This document shows, piece after piece, positions 1-7,493 of a stretch of DNA of 44,175 bases; the stretch's first letter is position 1, and every line of letters begins with the position of its first letter. The translations under genes and the position numbers were made by a program. This DNA comes from a virus. The notes under the pieces are model-generated. The model was not told the DNA's origin. It saw nothing but the letters and a program-made list of their open reading frames with translations, and made no database searches. The stretch spans positions 1 to 44,175 of the IMG/VR virus record IMGVR_UViG_3300029715_000022. One strand, written 5' to 3'.

Positions 1-99
1 AGTTTGCCATCTCCGTCATCTCCTCTTTTTTGTGTAGTCGATCTCCCGGATGTAGGGATGCCGCACGGCAAACGGCACCGTCGCCTCGCCAAAGATCTC
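1..99. repeat. Terminal overlap copy 1 (identical to 44077-44175)
   Basis: Base-by-base comparison of both ends. Identity runs to the last base of the window, as expected for a circular-contig closure overlap. Confidence 0.95.
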
Positions 100-363
100 G
101 CGCAGCGCGCCGTCGAGCTGCTCCTGCATGTAGTCCTGCTCCGGCCCCGGGCGGAAGGCTGGTCCGAACTCCTCCTTGAGCTCGTTGAGCCTCGTCAGCA
201 GACGCACGATGCGCTCCCGGCCCCATACATCGTCGCCCATCGCCTGCTTATCTCGCAGCGCCACGCACAGCATGTCGTGCACGATCTGCGCCCCGGAGTC
301 CAGCCCGATATCCAGATAACGCTGCCGGTCCCGCTGCACCCGCTCCGCATAGCTATTGCCCAT
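16..363 (-). CDS. Hypothetical early protein (115 aa)
   Basis: AGGAGG lies upstream of the ATG at 363. The stop TGA (16-18) overlaps the ATG (17-19, equal to 44093-44095) of the next gene across the contig junction. No domain recognised. Confidence 0.7.
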   Translation of the reverse strand: MGNSYAERVQRDRQRYLDIGLDSGAQIVHDMLCVALRDKQAMGDDVWGRERIVRLLTRLNELKEEFGPAFRPGPEQDYMQEQLDGALREIFGEATVPFAVRHPYIREIDYTKKRR

Positions 364-1348
364 CCTTGGCCTCCTGTCCGCAGCTGTCCGCCATCGTCCG
401 CGACGTCTCGTCCCATGCCCTGCGATCGGCGATCTGCCTTGTTTCCTCGTATAATCTCTCCAGTCTTTCTCGCGCAGCCAGCTCCTCGTCCTTCCTGTCC
501 TGGATGCGGTCGCCGTTTGTCACCGGCTCCGGAGCAGCCTCCTTTGCTGGGCTTCCCAGCCATTTTGCCTTGCAAACGTCGCATCCGATATCGCTCCCTT
601 GGCAAAACTCATACGGGATCAGCTCGCAAAGGTTGTCTCCAAACCTCGATCTCGCCAGCTCCGCATCCGTCATCGCACGGAGTCGGTCGCCGTTTGTCAT
701 GGGCTTCGGCGCGGCCGCCTTTGCTGGGCTTCCCAGCCATTTTGCCTTGCAAACGTTGCATTCGATATCGCTCACTCGGCAAAACTCATACGGGATCAGA
801 TTGCAAATAGCTTCTCCAAACTTCGATCTCGCCAGCTCCTCGTCCGTCATGGACCGGATGCGGTCGCCGTTTGTCATGGGCTTCGACGCGGCCGCCTCCT
901 GCGCGGCCCACCGCTGACCGGCCTCTGTCATAGGCCAGCGGTCCGGCACGGTGACTTTGACCACCACGTCGTCCGGCTTTTCCGGCTCTGGCTTGTCCTG
1001 GCATTCCTGCAGGCTGCGGGCTGCTTCCAGGAGCAGCAGTCCGATATTGATATCTCGATACACACTCCCATTGGCCCTTAGGCCTGTTCCCGCCAGCGTG
1101 CGCCCGGCATCGGTCAGCATGTTGACCAGATCGGCCCTCCACTTCGCTTTTACCGCCCTGTCGATAGCCTCGCTAATCATTGTCGATCCTCCTTCACGAG
1201 TTTCCCGCCCATGCACCACCGGGGCAACGTCGGCGGCTGGCATTTCCGCGATTACCCGCTTTGCATCCGTCATTGTGGCCAGTCTGTTGGTCACTTCCAC
1301 CTTGGTCAGGCGTGCTATCGCCATGTCTCGGCTTATGTAATCACCCAT
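353..1348 (-). CDS. Repeat protein carrying tandem Cys-rich TNGDRIR...C..C...WL modules (331 aa)
   Basis: GGAGGA RBS before the ATG at 1348. A second in-frame AGGAGG plus ATG sits at 1180. The protein holds two full and one degenerate 59-aa repeat (PMTNGDRIRSMTDEELARSKFG..C..IPYEFC...C.VCKAKWLGSPA). Confidence 0.75.
   Translation of the reverse strand: MGDYISRDMAIARLTKVEVTNRLATMTDAKRVIAEMPAADVAPVVHGRETREGGSTMISEAIDRAVKAKWRADLVNMLTDAGRTLAGTGLRANGSVYRDINIGLLLLEAARSLQECQDKPEPEKPDDVVVKVTVPDRWPMTEAGQRWAAQEAAASKPMTNGDRIRSMTDEELARSKFGEAICNLIPYEFCRVSDIECNVCKAKWLGSPAKAAAPKPMTNGDRLRAMTDAELARSRFGDNLCELIPYEFCQGSDIGCDVCKAKWLGSPAKEAAPEPVTNGDRIQDRKDEELAARERLERLYEETRQIADRRAWDETSRTMADSCGQEAKDGQ
476..897 (-). 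repeat. In-frame 177-bp tandem repeat (about 2.4 copies) inside CDS 353..1348
   Basis: The anchor cggtcgccgtttgtca recurs at 507, 684 and 861, an exact 177-bp period (59 codons). Confidence 0.9.
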
Positions 1349-1359
1349 TGTCAGTCCTC

Positions 1360-2472
1360 CTAAAAAAACCGCTGCTGGCCTGCCAAATCTCCGCGGCGCT
1401 CCTGCTCCATGCGCTGCCTCTTGTACTCGTTATACTTCTCCCGGTAGCGGTAGCTATCCCCGAAGATCGCCCACGCGGCCCGGACTACGTTGGGCTCATA
1501 CGGCCGGATCCGCTCCAGATCCGCTGCGGCGCGGGCAGAGATCGCGCAGCCGCAGCACCCGGTGCGCTTGAGCCCATAGACCTCGTAGGCGTCCGAGTAC
1601 CGCAGCCCGTAGTACTCCTTGTACCACGCCTTGTCTGCGTCAGACACGTAAAACAGCGGCCGCAGCCGGAATTTCCCGCTTGTCGTCTCCGCAAAGCACA
1701 TGCTCCCGCTGATTCCTCTGTGCCGGATGACTCGCATACCGCCCTCGGCTCGCCGTTCCCCGGTGATTAACATGTCATACTGCTTTTCGATGGCATGGGA
1801 CGGTTGCTTTTTACATATATCGCAGCACTTGTTGCTCACCCGAAAGGGGATGGGGTGCTCCCGGACAAAGTCCAGCATGTACTTGCTGCTGTTGATAACG
1901 AGTTGGATGTCCGGCCGCGGCTCCCCGGCAGAGTTGCAGCAGCACACAAAATTGATCGTCTGCTCGCAGCCCGGATACCGGGCCTTGAGCTCGGCGCGCT
2001 TCGCAGCCTTGTCCTCCGCCTCGTTGTACTCGTCGTGGATCGACAGCGGGATCTGCTTTTTCTGGAGGCCCTCCAGCCCGGCCGACATGATCTTGGATAC
2101 AAACGGCTGGCCGTACTCCCTTGTTGCCTGCACGATGTTTTTCTTGGGGCGGACGGTCGTGATCTCCACGCCGTACCGCTCCGCCTGCTCTTTGACATGC
2201 CGCCTCGTCGCCGCCATCTCAAGGCCAGTTTCGAAAAAGTAGTAGTGCACCGGCGGCAGGACAAATACCTCGCGCACCTGCTCGATCAGGTGCAGCAGGA
2301 TATCGCTGTCACTCCCGCCGCTGTAGCTGCACATGGTGTTGGGATGCTCCCGGAGCCGCCGTGCGATGATCCCCTTGATCGCCTCGAACTTCTGCGGGGC
2401 TTCAAAGTCCGCATACGGTGGGCGATTGGTGTACACGGAGGACCTGAACTCTCCGCTTTTAGGTTTCCGCAT
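1360..2472 (-). CDS. PAPS-reductase / PP-loop ATP-pyrophosphatase family protein (DndC/IbrA-like), 370 aa
   Basis: PP-loop motif SYSGGSDS near the N-terminus. Cys clusters (CCCN, CCDIC, RTGCCGC) are typical of phage PAPS-reductase-like proteins. Confidence 0.8.
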   Translation of the reverse strand: MRKPKSGEFRSSVYTNRPPYADFEAPQKFEAIKGIIARRLREHPNTMCSYSGGSDSDILLHLIEQVREVFVLPPVHYYFFETGLEMAATRRHVKEQAERYGVEITTVRPKKNIVQATREYGQPFVSKIMSAGLEGLQKKQIPLSIHDEYNEAEDKAAKRAELKARYPGCEQTINFVCCCNSAGEPRPDIQLVINSSKYMLDFVREHPIPFRVSNKCCDICKKQPSHAIEKQYDMLITGERRAEGGMRVIRHRGISGSMCFAETTSGKFRLRPLFYVSDADKAWYKEYYGLRYSDAYEVYGLKRTGCCGCAISARAAADLERIRPYEPNVVRAAWAIFGDSYRYREKYNEYKRQRMEQERRGDLAGQQRFF

Positions 2473-2824
2473 CTCGCATCCACCCCTCCAGTTCCTCGGT
2501 CGAGATCTTGTACACTGGCTTTATCTGATGCCAGCAGTACTCCATCTCGAGGCTTTCCCCTCGGCTCTGCTCCCAGCCGGGCAGAAACACCACGAGATCG
2601 GCTGCGCGGATCATCGCAAGGCACACGTCCATGTATACCTTGCCCGGCCAGTCCGCCGGAAGCTCCGCAGTGGACAGCACCGTGTCGGCCCTCGGCGAGC
2701 CGTAATACCACGCCGTGCTGTCCAGTCGGTCCTCGCCATCCCGCAGCAGCATCCGCTTTGCGGCCGCGAATTGTGTTTTATAGTCTTCGTCGCCGGTGAT
2801 CCCACCGGCCAGATAAATTGTCAC
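2459..2824 (-). CDS. DUF4406 / nucleoside 2-deoxyribosyltransferase-like protein (121 aa)
   Basis: GTG start at 2824, 8 nt after GGAGGAG and directly after the upstream stop. The pattern IYLAGGITG...LVVFLPGWEQSRGESLEMEY fits this family. Confidence 0.65.
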   Translation of the reverse strand: MTIYLAGGITGDEDYKTQFAAAKRMLLRDGEDRLDSTAWYYGSPRADTVLSTAELPADWPGKVYMDVCLAMIRAADLVVFLPGWEQSRGESLEMEYCWHQIKPVYKISTEELEGWMRDAET

Positions 2825-2826
2825 TG

Positions 2827-3582
2827 TTACGTCTCCTCCTTGTTGTAGGCCTCCCGCAGCCTGCGGATGATATCCCCGCCGTAGCTGCCCTCGGTCAGGT
2901 CGATAAACTCCTCGACCGTCAGCAGCTCGTCTGCCGTCAGCTTGTAGCCGTGGGCGGCGGCAAACTCTGACCGTCCCATTTCGCACGAGCCGGTCAGCTT
3001 GCGATGCCAGTCGTAATAATCGGCAGACTGGTACGCCTTGCCCCACTCGTGGGACGTTACGAACTCCTCGATGCGCTCCTCCAGCGGCATCCCCTCAAGC
3101 AGCTTGTCCCGCAGCGCCTCCATTGCCGCGCGGAGCGTTTCCCCGTGGGCGTACACCCCGCCTTGCTTGACGACGTAGCAAGGCTTCGTGGTTAGGTCTT
3201 CCAGCAGGATCCTCCCTCGTGCAATGTTTCCATGGATGATGCCGAGCATCGTCGGGATGCCGTCGATCATGTAGACGTCCTTTCCGCAAAACCTGCGGAT
3301 GCCGTCGCCGAAGTCGGAGCCGCAGCCGTCGCCGAAGCCGTAGCCGGAGCCGAAGCCGCAGCCGTCGCCGGAGCCGTCGCCGAAGCCGCCTCCGGAGTCG
3401 GAGCCGCAGCCGCAGCCGTAGCCGTAGCCGGAGCCGCAGCCGGAGCCGGAGCCGTCGCCGGAGCCGCCGACGTAGCCGGAGCCGTCGCCGGAGCCGTCTC
3501 CGGAGTCGGAGCCGCAGCCGCAGCCGTAGCCGTCGACGGGGGCCGCCTGCGCGAAGCGCGCGGCATCATTTACCGTTTCCAT
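2827..3582 (-). CDS. Protein with a ~90-aa Gly/Cys/Tyr/Asp/Ser low-complexity head and a globular C-terminal domain (251 aa)
   Basis: The ORF runs METVNDAARF..GYGCGCGSDSGDGSGDGSGY..., then a non-repetitive domain (CGKDVYMIDGIPT...AHGETLRAAMEAL...). The alternative frames here give only Ala-rich artefacts. Confidence 0.75.
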   Translation of the reverse strand: METVNDAARFAQAAPVDGYGCGCGSDSGDGSGDGSGYVGGSGDGSGSGCGSGYGYGCGCGSDSGGGFGDGSGDGCGFGSGYGFGDGCGSDFGDGIRRFCGKDVYMIDGIPTMLGIIHGNIARGRILLEDLTTKPCYVVKQGGVYAHGETLRAAMEALRDKLLEGMPLEERIEEFVTSHEWGKAYQSADYYDWHRKLTGSCEMGRSEFAAAHGYKLTADELLTVEEFIDLTEGSYGGDIIRRLREAYNKEET

Positions 3583-3854
3583 ACCCGGACCCCCGATAGG
3601 GCCTTGACGGCCCTCTCACTGCACGCGACGATCTGAATCGCGTCCGTGATGGTCATCTCCGGCACGACCACGGTAAACTTGCAGTTGGCCGGGGCTGTCA
3701 CTCCGTCAACCGCTAACTGCTCCACGGCGCAGGCCCCGTCCCAATACCAGAGCTTGCGCACATTGCGCAGCTCGACTTCCTGACCGTTCCGCGCAGCGAC
3801 CTGCCCGAAAAAGACGCCGCTGCGATCGCCTCTGACGATGTAATACTTGTCCAT
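3570..3854 (-). CDS. Hypothetical protein (94 aa)
   Basis: AAGGAGA RBS before the ATG at 3854 (MDKYYIVRGDRSGVFFG...LWYWDGA). Resembles small conserved phage proteins of unknown function. Confidence 0.7.
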   Translation of the reverse strand: MDKYYIVRGDRSGVFFGQVAARNGQEVELRNVRKLWYWDGACAVEQLAVDGVTAPANCKFTVVVPEMTITDAIQIVACSERAVKALSGVRVWKR

Positions 3855-3938
3855 TTTTTGTCTCCTTATCATCATTTTTTTGGTTTTCCTTGCGTTTCTC
3901 GTCCGCGCGGCGGCGGTTATATTCCTTCTGGCGGGCCA

Positions 3939-4298
3939 TCAAGGCCTCCCGATCACCCGGCACCCGCTGCGCAGGCCGTCGCGGTCAAACTCCACGACGT
4001 ACCGGTTGTTTTTGTCCGGCCCGCTGCGGACCACGCCGACGCCGTAGTGCCACGTCCCCGTGCACACCGCCAGCACCCGCTCGCCGGGCTCCCACTTGTG
4101 TCTCCTCTCCATGCTGTGCAGCTCCTTTCTGATGCTTGCGGCCGGGCAGCGCCACAGCGGCGTGCTCGGCCATTTTGCGCAGAGCGGCGCGTGCTCGATC
4201 ACGCGCCCCGTCGCGCCGCAACGGTAAAATTTCGCATCGCGCCCGGCGTCCTCCTCCCGGAGATACCGGCACGCGCGGCAGACGCACGTAGCCGTCAC
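3939..4298 (-). CDS. Hypothetical Cys-rich protein (119 aa; start uncertain)
   Basis: The GTG at 4298 overlaps the TGA of the upstream gene (GTGA). An alternative start is the ATG at 4112, preceded by AAGGAG. The sequence is protein-like (CVCRACRY...FYRCGATG...). Confidence 0.5.
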   Translation of the reverse strand: MTATCVCRACRYLREEDAGRDAKFYRCGATGRVIEHAPLCAKWPSTPLWRCPAASIRKELHSMERRHKWEPGERVLAVCTGTWHYGVGVVRSGPDKNNRYVVEFDRDGLRSGCRVIGRP

Positions 4299-4597
4299 GA
4301 CGCTGGGATCCTTCGTACCAGCAGCGCCGCCGCGCCCAGCAGACCGGCCCCGATCCACGCCGAGGCGCGCATCACGCACACCCCGAGGATCATGCAGGCC
4401 ATCGCGGCCGTTGCCAGCACCAGCATCGCGACCTTGCGGTCCGCGTCCGCTCTGGCCTTCTTGGCCCTCTGCTCGGCCACGGCCGCCCGCAGCTCCGCCT
4501 CCCGGCATCTGCGGGCCTTCGCTCTGGCCTCCGCCTTGCGGTTCAGCTCGTCGAGCCGGGCCTGCTCGATCTGCGCCGCGCTGCTCATCCAGTTCAT
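4295..4597 (-). CDS. Coiled-coil protein with C-terminal TM helix (100 aa)
   Basis: GGAGGA RBS. The ATG at 4597 overlaps the upstream stop (ATGA). The tail is hydrophobic (MLVLATAAMACMILGVCVM). Confidence 0.65.
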   Translation of the reverse strand: MNWMSSAAQIEQARLDELNRKAEARAKARRCREAELRAAVAEQRAKKARADADRKVAMLVLATAAMACMILGVCVMRASAWIGAGLLGAAALLVRRIPAS

Positions 4598-4788
4598 TGC
4601 GCTTCCTCCTGCAGCCATTCGGCCGCCCGCCTTGTGCAGGCCTCGGCCATCGTATCGTCCGCTCCGTCGTTGCGGTAGTAGAGGCAGACGCCCCGCTGGT
4701 TGTACTGGCAGCTCTTGCACCATTCGGCCTCGACGAGCGCCGCCGCCATGGCCTCCGTGCTCTCCACGAGCCTCGCAAAATTCTTCAT
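4594..4788 (-). CDS. Small Cys-rich protein related to the repeat module of 353..1348 (64 aa)
   Basis: GGAGGGA RBS. Carries a C..C...C...C...WL motif (EWCKSCQYNQRGVCLYY...AEWLQEE). Confidence 0.7.
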   Translation of the reverse strand: MKNFARLVESTEAMAAALVEAEWCKSCQYNQRGVCLYYRNDGADDTMAEACTRRAAEWLQEEAQ

Positions 4789-4896
4789 TATTTGACATCC
4801 CTCCTATATTTGGAGAGGGCGGCAGGTATCGAGCCTGCCCTCCGCGGCTTGTGCTCTCGCCGCGGCCGTCCCTTGCGCGCCCTCAGGTCGGGCGGA

Positions 4897-5211
4897 TCAC
4901 GCGCCGCCCTCCGCGCCCTCCGGCTTGAGCCGGAGGGACTGCAGCCGTTTGTAGTTTCGCTCCATCTTCTGGATATCGAGGCCCCACGCCTTGTATGCCG
5001 CCTCAGTGTTTACATGGGTGGCGTTCCAGCATGGGATGCCCATGGCATCCATCTCCTCCTTTGCGAGAGCCTTGAGCCGGTATACCGTCCCGGCCGATGT
5101 TTCAAACAACGCTCGGATATCTTTGTTGCTCAGCTCCAGCCGCTCATAGTAGAGCCGCAGAGCCGTTTCGATATTCCGCACCTGTGGGACCCGCACTCGC
5201 CCGGTCCTCAT
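4897..5211 (-). CDS. Putative HTH DNA-binding protein (104 aa)
   Basis: The ATG at 5211 overlaps the upstream stop (ATGA). HTH-like segment DIRALFETSAGTVYRLKALAKEEM. Confidence 0.65.
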   Translation of the reverse strand: MRTGRVRVPQVRNIETALRLYYERLELSNKDIRALFETSAGTVYRLKALAKEEMDAMGIPCWNATHVNTEAAYKAWGLDIQKMERNYKRLQSLRLKPEGAEGGA

Positions 5212-5546
5212 AGCGTTCCGGCCTCGTTGGTCGTCCCGGTATCCTGCCCGGTAACGATCTGCTTGGCCAGCTCCTCTAGCATCTGCTGCTGCGCGCGGAG
5301 CTGCTCCTCCTTCTGGGCCAGCTCGGCCTCCCAGTCCCGCAGGACTCCCGCCTGCTGGTCCAGCTCGTCTTGCTTGCGCCCGATCTCCTCCCAGTGCCGC
5401 ATCTGCATGTCGCGCGCGTTGCGCCACATGCGCTCCTGCGCCTCGGCCTGCCGCTGAAGCCTGCTGTGCTCCCGCGCTGCCAGAGCCTCCTGCAGCACCA
5501 CCAATGCCAGCCATGCGGCCAGCGCGCAGCTCATTGCGATCCTCAT
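5208..5546 (-). CDS. N-terminally anchored coiled-coil protein (112 aa)
   Basis: Hydrophobic N-terminus (MRIAMSCALAAWLALVVL), then a Q/E/R-rich helical region. Confidence 0.7.
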   Translation of the reverse strand: MRIAMSCALAAWLALVVLQEALAAREHSRLQRQAEAQERMWRNARDMQMRHWEEIGRKQDELDQQAGVLRDWEAELAQKEEQLRAQQQMLEELAKQIVTGQDTGTTNEAGTL

Positions 5547-5627
5547 GTTGTTGCCCTCCGTTCTTCCATATTTGTCATTGCGAGGAGGCCGAAGGCCGAC
5601 GTGGCAATCTCTGGCCCCCGCGCTCTC

Positions 5628-5759
5628 TCACTCATTCCGCTTGTCCACGGCGACGATCATGCCGTAGATACAGCCTTTGACCGCCGCCATCTCCGCCGCC
5701 GTCATCTGCCCGGCCAGCGTCAGCAGCTTGTCCGTCATCTGCTTCAGGCTCTCGCTCAT
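5628..5759 (-). CDS. Small hypothetical protein (43 aa; below the ORF-track cutoff)
   Basis: Hand-translated: MSESLKQMTDKLLTLAGQMTAAEMAAVKGCIYGMIVAVDKRNE. A G-rich RBS precedes the ATG, and the ORF fills an otherwise empty gap. Confidence 0.4.
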   Translation of the reverse strand: MSESLKQMTDKLLTLAGQMTAAEMAAVKGCIYGMIVAVDKRNE

Positions 5760-5772
5760 TTTCGTCCCCCCC

Positions 5773-6306
5773 TCACTCCGCGATGTACCCCATCACGATC
5801 TTGGCCATCCGCCGGAGCTGGCTGCGCGTGCGGCGCATGCGCTCGTCGGCCGTGACCAGCCGCGTCCATGCCTCCTTCTCGGCGGCGCTGTTGACCAGCT
5901 CCGGGATCAGGTTGCACCATTCGCATTCGGCGTCCTGCAGCTCCCTCCTGCACTTCCCCGATTCTGCATCCTTGGCCCGGAACTTCCGCATGCCCTCCCG
6001 GTCATTGCCCTCTGCCGGATTCGCGGTCGGGTTTGCCGTCTTCTCCGCGCCCTGCTTGGGCTTTTCGTCCCCCTGCTTTTTGGCCTCTTCCGTCATTATC
6101 CCCGTGAGCAGCGCCAGGATCGCAACGCCGCCGCCCACGTCCTTGCCCCTCAGCTCCGCGCTGTAGGCATCGAGGATCGCCGACCGCAGCTTCCAGCTCA
6201 CGCTCTGCTCCTCTTTGCTTCCCGCCGGTTCCTCCGGCAGCATCTCCAGCATCAGCCGGTACTTCTCCGGCATCGCCGGGATCTCGATCTTCTTTTCGTT
6301 GTTCAT
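5773..6306 (-). CDS. Hypothetical early protein (177 aa)
   Basis: Protein-like composition in the frame consistent with the operon. No domain recognised. Confidence 0.7.
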   Translation of the reverse strand: MNNEKKIEIPAMPEKYRLMLEMLPEEPAGSKEEQSVSWKLRSAILDAYSAELRGKDVGGGVAILALLTGIMTEEAKKQGDEKPKQGAEKTANPTANPAEGNDREGMRKFRAKDAESGKCRRELQDAECEWCNLIPELVNSAAEKEAWTRLVTADERMRRTRSQLRRMAKIVMGYIAE

Positions 6307-6328
6307 TTCTTTTTCTCCTTTCTGGCGC

Positions 6329-6472
6329 TCATCCGCGCGCCTGTCCGTAAACCTTTCCCCGGCCCTTGTGCCGGGGCCTCCCCGGTCTTCTCGTCCGCTT
6401 GACTGTTTTGCTCACCACGACCACCTGACCGCTCTTGTCACGGTAACAGTATCGGTGCACCCAGGTCTCCAT
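6329..6472 (-). CDS. Small basic protein (47 aa)
   Basis: AAAGGAGAG RBS before the ATG at 6472 (METWVHRYCYRDKSGQVVVVSKTVKRTRRPGRPRHKG...). Confidence 0.4.
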   Translation of the reverse strand: METWVHRYCYRDKSGQVVVVSKTVKRTRRPGRPRHKGRGKVYGQARG

Positions 6473-6494
6473 CGTTTTCTCTCCTTTCATCCCC

Positions 6495-6734
6495 TTACTC
6501 GTTCTCCTGCAGCTCCGCCATCTCGAACTCCGCATCCTTGTAGCCCTGCAGCTCCGCCAGCGTTTTCAGCAGCTTCGCGATCTCGCGCCGCCGCCCGGCG
6601 TAGCTCACATACGGGCTTTCGCCCTGGTACTTGTACAGGCTCTCCGCTACGGCCTCCGTAACATGCAGATCAATGCAGGTCTCGGCGACCTCCTTGTAGC
6701 TGCTCATGATGTAGGTGATTCTGACTTTCGGCAT
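6495..6734 (-). CDS. Hypothetical protein (79 aa)
   Basis: AAGGAGG RBS before the ATG at 6734. Confidence 0.6.
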   Translation of the reverse strand: MPKVRITYIMSSYKEVAETCIDLHVTEAVAESLYKYQGESPYVSYAGRRREIAKLLKTLAELQGYKDAEFEMAELQENE

Positions 6735-6760
6735 CCCCTCGCCTCCTTTCTTCATTCCTC

Positions 6761-6789
6761 TTGCAATCCGCTCCCCCGCGTGGTATCCT
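6761..6789 (+). promoter_or_regulatory. Candidate sigma-70-type promoter for the plus-strand gene 6812..7240
   Basis: TTGCAA (6761-6766), 17-nt spacer, TATCCT (6784-6789), with TGg immediately upstream (extended -10). Confidence 0.45.
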
Positions 6790-6811
6790 TTCCGCGAAAG
6801 GAGTTGATTGT

Positions 6812-7240
6812 ATGTCTGATTGGGTCATCCCCTTGGTTGCCCTCGTCCCGGCGATCCTGACGGCTCTTTCCGGCCTCCTGCAGCCAGCACTGAAATCCCG
6901 TTCCGATTCCCGCGCTGCGCAGGCAGCCGCTGACCGGGAGCGCTTCGTCTCCCGCTACGATGACGCCGTCGCGCTGCTCTGCGATAGCTACGCCCGCATG
7001 TCTGAGGTCGATCGCGGGGATTCTTTCTGGCGCTTTTTGTCTGCGGCCTACCGCCTCCAGATTCTTTGCCCGGATGCGGAGCTTCAGACGCAGTTCGCTC
7101 GCATCGCGGATCTGTTTCAGCGCCAGCATTGCACTAACTGTATTACGGATGAGTGCTTCTCTGCGGCGCTTCTCATCCTCTCACGAGCATCAGCCCAAAC
7201 AGGGCCAGCTGAGCCAGCATCCCCAGAAGCACCCCGCTGA
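6812..7240 (+). CDS. Opposite-strand membrane-anchored protein embedded in the early operon (142 aa)
   Basis: AAAGGAG 8 nt before the ATG at 6812. N-terminal TM helix (WVIPLVALVPAILTALSGLL), then a helical domain. Preferred over the noisy antisense ORF 6752..7129. Confidence 0.55.
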   Translation: MSDWVIPLVALVPAILTALSGLLQPALKSRSDSRAAQAAADRERFVSRYDDAVALLCDSYARMSEVDRGDSFWRFLSAAYRLQILCPDAELQTQFARIADLFQRQHCTNCITDECFSAALLILSRASAQTGPAEPASPEAPR

Positions 7241-7346
7241 TCGTCAGCAGCGTCCCGCGATCGACCATGCGCCGCGCAGCGAGCACGCAAACAAACGTTC
7301 CCGCTGCGGCCGTCGTGCTGCAGAACATGATCAGCATCCCACGCAT
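7173..7346 (-). CDS. Small two-TM hydrophobic protein (57 aa), first gene after the leftward promoter
   Basis: Hand-translated: MRGMLIMFCSTTAAAGTFVCVLAARRMVDRGTLLTISGVLLGMLAQLALFGLMLVRG. GGAGGAGG RBS. Its 3' end overlaps the convergent gene 6812..7240 by 68 nt. Confidence 0.5.
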   Translation of the reverse strand: MRGMLIMFCSTTAAAGTFVCVLAARRMVDRGTLLTISGVLLGMLAQLALFGLMLVRG

Positions 7347-7404
7347 CCCCTCGCCTCCTCCCCTTTTCTCATTTCTAGGCTTTGATTGGATATTGCTTGG
7401 CTAT

Positions 7405-7433
7405 ACTATATCATTACTCAGCGCTGCTGTCAA
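7405..7433 (-). promoter_or_regulatory. Leftward early promoter
   Basis: On the minus strand: TTGACA, exactly 17 nt, TATAGT. This is near the sigma-70 consensus. Confidence 0.6.
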
Positions 7434-7464
7434 CCCCTATTTTATGCCCTAGCAATATTCTTTA

Positions 7465-7493
7465 TTGACTTGCGCCTCCTGCTGTGCTATTCT
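7465..7493 (+). promoter_or_regulatory. Rightward promoter of the XRE repressor gene
   Basis: TTGACT (7465-7470), 17 nt, TATTCT (7488-7493), followed by GAGGAGG and the ATG at 7516. It lies back to back with the leftward promoter. Confidence 0.55.

Noticed and set aside
1-99. Terminal repeat considered as a biological DTR, LTR or insertion-sequence end
   Set aside because: The identity runs exactly to the window edge and cuts through an operon with coupled genes. That fits an assembler circular-overlap artefact better. Sequence alone cannot fully exclude a true DTR.
3232-3636. Ala-rich ORFs (3232..3636 plus strand and 3267..3569 minus strand) over the low-complexity tract
   Set aside because: They are alternative-frame readings of the gcc/gga repeat DNA. 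The Gly/Cys/Tyr frame is continuous with a globular domain and has a proper start context.
3706-3963. 85-aa Lys/Arg-rich minus-strand ORF bridging two genes
   Set aside because: It overlaps the well-supported gene 3570..3854 by about 150 nt in another frame, and only about 85 nt would be unique. It has a GTG start with no clear RBS.
6752-7129. 125-aa minus-strand ORF that would keep the early operon uninterrupted
   Set aside because: The sequence looks like off-frame noise and has no RBS. The opposite-strand ORF 6812..7240 has an RBS, a promoter-like element, a TM helix and protein-like composition.
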